Below are positions 51,251 through 61,390 of a stretch of 64,000 bases of DNA, piece by piece. Numbering within the stretch: position 1 is the stretch's first letter; the number at the start of each line of letters is the position of its first letter. Both the position numbers and the translations under genes were made by a program. A model generated the notes under the pieces. The model was given only the letters and a program-made list of their open reading frames with translations. It was not told where the DNA came from and did no database searches. This DNA comes from Takakia lepidozioides (taxonomy: Eukaryota > Plantae > Bryophyta). Location of the stretch: contig CM060734.1 in NCBI GenBank assembly GCA_030704615.1, positions 44,888,001-44,952,000 of the forward strand, written 5' to 3'.

Positions 51251-52831
51251 AGCCCCATCCATGGCCGCTCTGGCAGTTTAGCCATTTCTCCAAGGGGTTT
51301 AGCCACGCCAAGCTAGGGTTGTGTCTCTTGGACTCTAGGCTTCTTTCCACCGAGCTATGGCGGCTGTGAGGAAATCAGCAAGGTCTTTCGGCTCCCACAC
51401 AAACCACCCATAGTAGCCCTAAGCCATGAGGTGGTTGCCCACAAACCAAGCCTTCTTTCTCACTTAGCCTCCCCAAACCACCGCCACTAAACTCAATGGC
51501 AAACAACCAAGGCCCTGTGGTTCCCAGCCCTTGTGAACACTCATTCAAGCTTTCTCCTTGGCCATAGCATCTGTCTTAGAGCCTATTCTAGCCCTCTACA
51601 CCTGCTGCTTCAAGAGTTGCACTCCCTTCAGCTTGAAGTTGAACCCCAACTCACATAGGCCCTACAAGTGCTTTTCTTTCATTTCAAGTGGAAACCAGCC
51701 CTAGACCTTCCGTTCTAGCTCTCTAAGCTTGAAAACAAGAGCCTCAATGGCTGAAGGCATGCTCCACACATGCCCTAACTCTCACCATAAGAGAAATCAG
51801 CTCCTTTGCTTCATTTCTTGCACCCACAAACCTGAAAATACAAGCTTCAGCAGGTTGAAAGCATGCTCCACATGCCCTACAGGGAACCAGCCCTTCCTTC
51901 CTTTCTTGCACTCTCCAACACCTGAAAGTGCAAGCCTTCACCAGGCTGATAGCATGCTCCACACATGCATTGCCCTCACATAAGGAAGTCAGCCTTCCTC
52001 TCCTTGCTTGCCCTCCAAGCTTGAAGATGGAGCTTCAATGAGCTGAATACATGCTCCACACATGCAACCTCTTCACACAAGAGATATCATCCCCCTATCT
52101 TTGGCTCCTTGGCTCCTTGATGCTCTCTAAGACAAAGACTAGGACTCCACACTTTCCACAGCCCTTGCCAAGCTCCTGAAACCCTAAGGCTATATTTCCA
52201 GCCACAAGACACTCCTCTTGTGGTGCAAGAACTTTTCTCCAAGCTCTGAAACCCTAGGTGCACATTCCAGGCTTTGCCGCACCTCTTAGCTCCTGTTCCA
52301 GCCCCGCTCTTGGCCATGGCAAGAGTCCTCATACGCTAGAGTTTCAGATTGAACCCCCAACTCAACATAGCCACAAATGCATTGGCTTGCATACAAGAGA
52401 AATCAGCCATCTCTTTTCACTCAGACCTCCTTATGAGCTTGAAGTTGGAGCTCTCCCGATAACTGTGACGTAGATTTAACACCCTCGTAGCCTCCACATT
52501 GCTGCACTCCTTACTTGGCCCTGCAGCTGAAGAGACGACCACCAGTTCACCCCACTCGAGAACCAGCATCTCCCCCGCTTCACACTAGAAGCCCAAACTT
52601 GGTTGCCATAGCATTGAGCTATGCAACGCCGCTCTTCAACATAGACTCTACCCTTCCAACCCCTCTCTATCCATTGCAAACCTGCAACCTGTTCGCCTTT
52701 GCACTCTATCCACTTTGGATAGGCTCATGCACGGATCCCTGCACTCTAGGCTGAACCGCTTCTCATGAAAACACAAGTGCTACAAGCACTCGAACCTGGC
52801 ACTCATATACTCGAGCTGATCTTTCTCAAGT

Positions 52832-53147
52832 GATAAAGAAGAAATACAAGCACGAGCTCACAAATCTGAAGCATAAACTCATGCATATATAACCTCATCA
52901 CTCACATACAAGTCAAGCCAAGTGCACCCCACGCCATGGGGAATCCACACTACGGCGCCATAGCCTAGGCGCGGTGAGCCTCAACTCGAGAAAATGAGCC
53001 TCCCGCGCTTGCCGTGAAGATAACCACTCTCCAGGGCCTAAATCTGCCTTGACCCCTGGATTGACACTTGGGCCAATCCCAAATATCAATATGTAAAAGC
53101 TAGCTATTTCCTAGCTAGTTTCACACTAGTGGTAAGATAACTTGACA
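52832..53147 (-). repeat. Terminal repeat A1 (5' terminus; TATA-like TTATATAT at ~52885-52892)
   Basis: Begins TGTCAAG on the minus strand; matches A2; not followed by B. Confidence 0.9.
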
Positions 53148-54469
53148 ACTCGCATGAGCTCGTGCTTGTATTCTGTCTTTTTTTACACTCGAGAAAGATG
53201 AGCTCGTATCTGTGATTGCAGATACGAGTTTCTTGGTTAGCACTTGTGTGTTTTCAGATGAGAAGCAACTCAGCTTAGAGTGCAGGGATCAATGCATGAG
53301 CCTATCCAAAGCGGATAGGGTACGATGGCGAACATGTTTAAGGTTGCAATGGATATAGAGGCGGCAGCCTGTGTTGAAGAGCGTGTTCATAGCTCAACGC
53401 TATGGCAGCCATTGTAGTGAGTGTGGAGCTGCGAGGGTGTTTAGATTGCAAATCACAGTTATCCGGGAGCTCCCAACTTCAAGCTCATAAGGAGGTATGA
53501 ATGAAGAGAGATGGCTGATTTCTCTTGTATGCAAGCCAAAGCATTTGTGGCTATGTTGAGTTGGGGGTTTCAATCTGAAACTCCAGCGGTAAGAGGGCTC
53601 TTGTCATGGCAAGAGCAGGGTTGGAACAGGAGCTAATAGGTGTGGCAAGGCCATGGATGCCCCTAGGTTTCAGAGCTTGGAAGAAGAGCTCTTGCACCAC
53701 AAGAGGATGTCTTGTGTCTGGAAATGTAAGCTTTAGGGTTTCTGGAGCTTGGCAAAAGCTTGTGGATTGCTTAGTCTTGTCTTAGAGAGCATCAAGGAGC
53801 CAAGATAGGGGGCTGATACCTCTTGTGTGAAGAGGTGGCATGTGTGGAGCATGTATTCAGCTCATTGAAGCTTCCATCTTCAAGCTTGGAGGCAAGCAAG
53901 GAAGAGGGAACGGCTGACTTCCCTTATGTGAGGGCAATGCATGTGTGGAGCATGCTTTCAGCCTGTTGAAGGCTTGTACTTTCAGGTTTGGGAGTGCAAG
54001 AAGATAAGGTAAGGGGCTGATCTGTTCTTATGTGACAGTCCGACACTTGTAGAGCGTGTTCTGAGTTGGGGTTTCAACCTCAAGCCTAGATAGAGCATGG
54101 CTCTTGAAGTGGCAGGTGTAGGGGGCTGGAATAGGCTCTAAGACAGATGCTATGGCTAATGAAAACGCTTGAATGAGTGCTCACAAGGGCTGGAAACCAG
54201 CAAGGCTTGGTTGTTTGCCATTGAGGTTAGTGGTGTGTTTGGGGAGTCTAAGTGAGAAAGAAGGCTTGGTTTGTGGCAACCATCTTCCTCATGGCTTAGG
54301 GCTACTATTGGTGGAGTGTGGGAGCCGAAAGAGGAAGAATACCTTGCTGATTTCTTCACAGCCGCCATAGCTCGGTGCAAAGAAGCCTAGAGTCCAAGAG
54401 ACAACAAACCCTAGCTTGGCGTGGCTAACCCCTTGGAGAATGGCTAAACTGTCATGAGTGTGGCCATGG

Positions 54470-54940
54470 ATGGGGCTGTGATGGGTTGTGATGGGCTGTG
54501 ACAGGCTGTGGTGAGCTGTGACAGGCTGTGACGGGCTGTGCCCTGTGGTCTGTGGGGCTGTGACAGGCTGTGCCCTAGCTTGGCGTGGCTAAACCCCTTG
54601 GAGAAATGGCTAAACTGTCATGAGTGGCCATGAATGGGGCTGTGACGGGCTGTGACAGGCTGTGGCGAGCTGTGACCGGCTGTGATGGGCTGTGATGGGC
54701 TGTGGCGGGCTGTGACAGGCTGTGCCATGTGGCCTGTGGGGCTATGACGGGCTGTGACAGGTGCTGTGCCCTGTGGGCCTATGGGGCTGTGAGGGGCTGT
54801 GAGGGGCTGTGACAGGCTGCGGCCTGTGGGCTATGACCCTGTGACCTGTGTGAGGGCTGTGACAAGCTGTGGCCTGTGTGGGGCTGTGACGGCTGTGACC
54901 AGTGATCTGTGTGGGCCTGTGCTGGTCTGTGGTGGCCTAT
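54470..54940. repeat. Tandem array (GGGCTGTGAC) in the leader of the + copy
   Basis: Reverse complement of the 50170-51250 array, shorter. Confidence 0.9.
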
Positions 54941-55029
54941 GTTGACCTATGGACGACTTGTGCTGACTCGTGGAGGCACTGGTGGACTGCCTAAAGACTG
55001 GCATGTGGTCTTGAAGGCCGAATTTTGAA

Positions 55030-57077
55030 CATGGAGTTGTCATGTTAGACAACCAGGATGGCATTTTCTGTTTGAGTGGACCGGCAGGCAAGAGGTACCG
55101 GCCATTGCGGGTCTTGTTGCACTCGGGACTCAGGCCATTGATGCTGGGCAGCTGCTATTGTAAGCTTGGGCCTCACGGAGGCGGATATGGAGCCTTGTCT
55201 TTTCCAGATACAAACGTCTCTGGGAGGATTGGAGCAGGCTCGGGGCATGACACGACGTGAGTTGGCTATCAGACTACGGCCGGATCACCCCACAGATGGC
55301 TCACTGATGCGAGCCAAGGCCATTGTGACAGACGCGGTCTCGTACGATATTCTGGTTGGTGGGGTAGTGTTGTACCCCATGGGCTTCACCCTAGATTTTT
55401 TGGAGGAGTCAGCTTCCTATAGGCCTGGATGGCAGTCAGGGGAGGGTCGGCGTGTGCAGCTCCCTATGACATTCATAGGAGGAATTGCGGTTGCCCATCG
55501 AGGCAAGATGCCGACACTAACAGCATTCACAGCTGCAGTGAGTTGGCCTAGAGAGTTGCTTGAGGGCAACGCTCATTCAGAGGATGTGTCACCTCTGGGA
55601 GAGCAGGATGACATGCATGGTATGGCGGAGTTGCCTTCCATGATTGCTCAGACTCCATTGTGGGGCACGAGCAAGGATTTGCAGCAGGTTGTGATCGACG
55701 GGTGCAACAAGCCTGGGTAGAGGCTTTTGTACCATCAGGAGAGGAGGAGAGTGCGGGGATTGCACCAAGACCACCTCAGTTGTCTCCATTGGACACCACA
55801 CCTATTGTGTGGCAGTATCCGGATGAAGGCATTTGTCTTCTGGACTTGTTTGGCGGGATCAGCACCGGATTGGCTGTTGTGTTACAGGCAAGTATACGAG
55901 TTTAGCATTACCTGTATATGGAGAGAGATGAGACTACACGACATGTTTCACTTCGCCATGTTGCTCAGTTGGTGCAGCAGTACCTTGAGTTGTTGCAGGT
56001 ATCTGCAGTTCGTGGATATCAGCAGGCCTTGCCAGCAGACATTTCGTTGCTGGGGGCGCAGGATTTGGAGCGGGTTGGCTCCATTGATCTGGTAGTGGCA
56101 GGTTGGCCCTGCCAAGGATATTCATCAGCCGGGCATGACAATGGATTGTGAGACTCGAGGTCGGGTCTGTTTTGGGAGATGGTGCAGGTTTTGCGCCACT
56201 TGCAGCTTCATCAAGCTGTATCTCCAGCATACATCTTGGAGAATGTGCCACTGATGGCGATTCTCGGGCCAGGATGATGGCCAGTGTGTATCAAGTCCGG
56301 TCGTGGCTTGGGTCAGCAGTGTTGCTAGATGCAGCTACAGTGGGGTCACGGGCTCATCGTCCACGGCTATGGTGGACTAACTTGATGCCACCCGCACTGC
56401 TCAAGCGTGCATTTGATGGGGTGCAGCGGCCGGCACACCTCACAGTGGATAGCATTTTGGACACATGGAGGCAGTCTCAGCGTGTGAGACACGATGACTG
56501 TTCGCCTTTGGCAGTGGTCAACAAGGTGGGTCAACCACGAACAGCATTACCTACACTGCTCAGCTTCCCAGGATCGCATGCTTTCCGGGATAGTGGACCT
56601 GGCCTCCTGTGGGATGCTCAGTTGCAGCAATTAGTGGAACCTAATGCTGACAAGCGTGAGCGGGCAATGGGTTTTACCACTGGTACCACGGCAGTGCCGT
56701 CTCTTTCTGAGGCATCTCGTCGTCAGGTGTTGGGGCAAGCAATGGATCTCAATTGCTTGACCTGGATTATTAGCTTGGCTATGGCTGAGCAACGCAGAGT
56801 GCGGAGTACATTTCCCTCGATGGTCTCTCTGCCTACCGAGACGGTACAGGCAGTGAGTGGGGACGAGCATGAGAGGACCACAGGGTCCAGGCATCCATGG
56901 CACACGTGAGAGATGCTCAAGGTTCAGAGGGAGTTGGCAGCCAGGGCGGCGGTGATGGATGAGGTTGGGGATTTTTCTCGGGTTGAGGAAGTCCTCGAGG
57001 ATGAGATGATAGGGCAGGATGAGGCCTTGTCATTGACTGAGCAGGCAGGGAGTACTGCTCAAGAGGTTGCAACATAG
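55030..57077 (+). pseudogene. Protease and DNMT3-like methyltransferase of the + copy (stops and frameshifts)
   Basis: VLLHSG (degenerate DSG), LDLFGGIS, AGWPCQG, RAHRPRLWWTN, RRQVLGQAMD. Confidence 0.88.
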
Positions 57078-58989
57078 CAACCACTGGACGCGTCCTCTAC
57101 CTTTAAGCCCACTGGACTTAAGGTTGCAGTTACAGAGGTCAATTGGGAGCCTGACATTGGACCCATTGCCACCGGAGGAGAGAGACAACGTATACGGCGG
57201 TTCCTGAGGGCTTACAGGAATTTCTTTGCCTTCAGTTTGAAGGACTTGGGAGCACTGAAGGGTCAAGAGATTCGTATTGAGTTGGCCACTGACACGCCAA
57301 TCTTTCGGAGACCCTATAGATACAGTAACATGAAGAGGTCTTTGATTCATATGAGGACTCAAGATCTCTGGGAGGCTGGTTTGGTGGAGCTCTCTGGTGG
57401 AGAGTATGCTTCAGCCACAGTGATGCCAGCCAAGAAGGATGTCTATGGCAATTGGACGGAGAGACGTATGTGCGGTGATTACCGGCTTGTAAATCGTCAG
57501 ACCAAGTCCGATAAGTATGCCATGCCAACACTAGAGGAGATCTTTGATGCCATCAGGCATACTAAGGTCTTTAGCACTTTGGATTTACGATCCGGATATC
57601 ATCAGTTGCCAATCAAGGAGGCAGACAAGCAGAAGACGACATTCTGGGGGTTCAATGAGCACGGCAAGGATTGCCTATATCAGTGGCGGTTCTTACCATT
57701 TGGGCTTAAGAATGCTGCTGCAGAGTTTCAGAGAGTCATGGATAGGATTCTAGCAAGGGTGGACTTTGCTTGGTGCTATATAGATGACATCATCATCTTT
57801 AGTGCTACGGTGGAGGAGCATGAGATACACCTTCAGGTGGTATTGGAGCGTTTGAGAGCACACGGATTGAAGTTGCATCCGGGGAAGTGCAAGTTTTCCC
57901 ACAACCAGATTGAGTATCTGGGTCACATGATATATCCTGGAGGATTGGGGGTACAGCAGACTAAGGTAGAGACCATTGCACAAATTCCACACCCAACGGA
58001 TGTGAGCCGAGTTTGAGCTTTCATGGGGTTGGCAAACTATTATAGACGGGTTGTCAAGGGATTTAGTGCCATTGCAAAGGCTCTAATCAAGCTGACCAAG
58101 GTGGACCAGGACTGGTAGTGGGAAGATAAGCAGGAACGAGTTTTTCAAGAGCTCAAGGCGAGGTTGACCTCGGCGCCTATCGTGAGACGACCTATCAGGG
58201 GGCGTCCCTTTCAGCTGCATACGGATTGGAGCATGCTGGGGCTTGGAGTGGTGCTCACATAGGTGGATGATGAGGGAAGAGAGTTCGTAGTGGCTTATAC
58301 TAGCCGCTCGAACAACGCTGCAGAGGCTAAGTATAGCTCATATGAGGGAGATTGCTTAGCTGCAGTGTGGGCCGTGACACACTTCAGGTGCTATCTATAC
58401 GACAATCTCTTCACCCTTGTCACGGATCACCAGCCACTCAAGTGGTTGATGGAGTCAGACAAGCTTACGGGGAAGCTTGCACGGTGGGCACTCGTACTCC
58501 AGGAGTATGACTTTCAGGTTGTGCATCGACCAGGTTTGGTCAATCGGGATGCGGATGGATTGAGTCGCAATCCATGCACGAGCCAGCAGGATGACACTGG
58601 AGCTCGGTGGCATGGTGAGACGGATGAGGAGATGGTGACGGGATGACACGCATCTACATTTTGTGTATCTTGGCATCGGGAGGTCAGGTTGGACCTACAA
58701 CAGGGATGACTATAGACGGAGTGTCTGAGGACCCTGAGGCTAGTGATGAGCCAGGTGGTGCCAAAGATATACATGAGGATTCAGCTGTGTTGGACTACCT
58801 CCACACGGAAGACACGACAGCCACTGTGACTGCCAGGGAGAGGGATCAGATCCTGCAACGAGCCAAGAGATTCAAGTGGGAGGGGATACACCTGCTCCAA
58901 GTATGGGAGGATGGTCGGGTGAAGATTGTGCCTCACCCCACACAGCGTGCACGGTTAGTGCGGCATGCCCATGAGGAGTTGGGGCATTT
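57078..58989 (+). pseudogene. RT, RNase H and integrase N-terminus of the + copy
   Basis: [70 protein letters not shown] (Ty3/gypsy RT-RH-IN order). Confidence 0.92.
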
Positions 58990-60444
58990 ACTTTGGTTTT
59001 TTCTTCTTGGGGATAGTTAGACCCATTTGTACAGTCACCCCACTTTGGTCTTTTATAAAGCTATGCAGGTTCTCTTCTTTTGCTATAGTTTCATTATGTT
59101 CAGTTCTATTACATTCAGTTCCCTTCAGATTTATTCCTTCAGTTCTATTATATTCAGTTCCCTTCATATTTATCCCTTCAGCTCTATTCTATTCATTTTC
59201 TCTCAATTTTATCACAATGACTTACATTATATTTAGTTCCTTTCAGTTTTATCACATTGAATTCTATTCTATCTATATTTAGTTCTCTTCCAATGCTATC
59301 AAATTCAATTTTATCTTTTCGCATTTTCTCCTTGCATTTATGTTCTTATTATGATTTTCTATCGAGGTGAAAACACAGAATATCTAGATTCTAAATTTTA
59401 CCTTTACTTTTAAATTTTTATCCTCATGGATTTTTTTCAGTGCTGACAGTTCTGATTTTATGTCTCAAATATTAATAATTTTTTATTTCAATAAAATCAG
59501 GACAGAGAGGACTAGCGTTCCAATTGTGTAATTAGGGTGGAGACATTACGCGACTAGCTGATTGTCTTTTTCTCCTTCTCTCCAAGAATGTTATTAAGAA
59601 AATTATTTGTTTTTCCTTTTTTATTTTTATGGTTCTTCTCTACTTTGAATACTCTACCTCGAAACTCAAAGAAAACTAAGAATATTTAATAAGTATATAT
59701 CTACCTCTAAGGGCAATTGGACTCACATATCTTAATCTAATCATTTAGAAAAACAAAATTCCGAAATTCATATGTAGCTGCTATTTTGAGTATGTTTGTT
59801 ATAAGATGGCTCAAACACATTGACTTGTGAAATTCTCAAAAGCTTGATCAATTTCACCAACAAATGTTAGTAAGGAATCCTATCACAACAACCCAACATC
59901 TTAGTATCTAAATAAGGTGAGGTGGAAGAAGCAGTTCCTATATGAAGTATGGACACCAAATTAGCACATCATGATCCTTATGTTTCACATAAAACTTTTG
60001 TTTTGTTTTTTAAATGATTTGATTCCAAATGTACTACTAAGCTTTGCATAACATAAATATTATAAAAAAAATATGTATTTGAATCAACTAATACTACTCC
60101 TTCTTCCCAGGGACAAACTCCATCCACACAATCTCCAGAATCCCATCTCCTAGACAAACATCCACACCGCTCCAGTGGGCTCGATTGAACGACTCGTTGA
60201 AGCGATGTATTCTGATTGTCAATGATGATTTGTCATACAAATCAAGGAACTTGCAGGCTTCATCGAAAGCCACTAAATCGTAACCTCGGAAAATTTCCAG
60301 AACCTGGCCAGACTTCAAGTACACAACCTTCCACATGATAGACAAACATTTCAAGATTATTAAAAAAAAATGTAACCTCATTTTTATGGCATGAGCATTA
60401 ATGTTAGTCTCATGAGCATCTTTAGAACACACAAATTCCCCAGT

Positions 60445-60660
60445 TTTTATTTTGAAAAAGGAAACACCTGGGTGCCACAGCCGCTCACAAATCAGGCCCC
60501 TTAGCGACAGGAGAAAATAACCTCTGTCACAGTAACCTTGCCATGAAGGAGTCCGAATTGGACACCCACCCAGGGAAGGTGGAGGAGCACATACCACACC
60601 CCTCAAGATAGCGGGATTTGACCCTAGAATCATCTAGGTAGCAGTCAGTGCAGTATCTAT
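60445..60660 (-). mobile_element. SINE copy in the duplicated dirigent 3' flank
   Basis: Reverse complement homologous to 6271-6496. Confidence 0.65.
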
Positions 60661-60742
60661 CTGACTGTTTCAACTACATAATTTCTCCAATTCATTATCT
60701 AACGTTCTTGGGACATGGTATAGCCCAAGCTGCACTACAGAG

Positions 60743-61390
60743 TCAGCAACCAGTAAATACATAGGCCGTGATGTTGAGATTTGCAGCTCCGCCGATCAAC
60801 GTGTAGGTGGTGATGACAGCCCACCCTTGAGCCAAACGGAACTCTCCAGTACCACCGCTGATAGACAGCTCTCGCACCGGATCAACTACCACATCATGAC
60901 CTCGGAAGCTCAGTGTGCTGCCGCCATATCCACTGGCCTCATTGAAAACTGCAGTGAACACAAACTCAATGGCCGGGCCAGTAATATTCATTGCATCCCA
61001 AATGTAGAAGCCCCGACCTCGACCCAATTCGAGTGAGTTGGAATCAGCCTCTTGAGTGATAGCATCGTCCAAAAGAACAATCGATCCAAAGAAGCTTTGA
61101 TTCTTTAGTGACGTCGAATTGAATCCTGCCACCGGCATCACCATGGTTATGGCACTGGAATTCTGCCCAATCATCAAGTCATCGTGCAAAAAGAAATTGA
61201 GCACTTTGTTTTGGTTTGGGGGAACTAGGTTGTCTGGCACCGGATACACAAACTTTGCGACTGCAACCGCCATGGTTGGACTTACTAGCATGATCGCCCA
61301 AGTAGTAACAATCATCAATGGCAAAAGATTTACCCGCTGCTGATATATGGTCTTGGCAGTCATGCTACGGTTGCTAGTGATTGACGCCAT
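60743..61390 (-). CDS. Dirigent-like protein (copy 2), 215 aa
   Basis: Differs from copy 1 at 3 residues (D/N, V/L, G/A). Confidence 0.9.
   Translation of the reverse strand: MASITSNRSMTAKTIYQQRVNLLPLMIVTTWAIMLVSPTMAVAVAKFVYPVPDNLVPPNQNKVLNFFLHDDLMIGQNSSAITMVMPVAGFNSTSLKNQSFFGSIVLLDDAITQEADSNSLELGRGRGFYIWDAMNITGPAIEFVFTAVFNEASGYGGSTLSFRGHDVVVDPVRELSISGGTGEFRLAQGWAVITTYTLIGGAANLNITAYVFTGC

Larger units (their letters stand above)
19708..53147 (-). mobile_element. DNMT-carrying Ty3/gypsy-type retrotransposon, - copy, with split direct repeats (A1 ... PPT-B1-GC-A2-B2)
   Basis: Minus-strand ends TGTCAAG (53147) and ...ACGACA (19708); flanks GCTC (19704-19707) and ACTC (53148-53151) form a 4-bp TSD with one mismatch; gag-PR-DNMT-(RT)-IN-PHD internal. 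Confidence 0.8.
19416..58989 (+). mobile_element. DNMT-carrying Ty3/gypsy-type retrotransposon, older + copy (19416-19707 joined to 53152-58989); gag deleted, 3'-truncated
   Basis: Starts TGTCAAG (repeat A); A sequence resumes at about 53155 after the nested insertion; then leader, protease, DNMT, RT, RH and the start of integrase. Confidence 0.8.

Noticed and set aside
50045-51369. 423-aa and 268-aa Pro/Ser/Gln-rich ORFs
   Set aside because: Artefacts of a stop-poor tandem array, antisense to the element.
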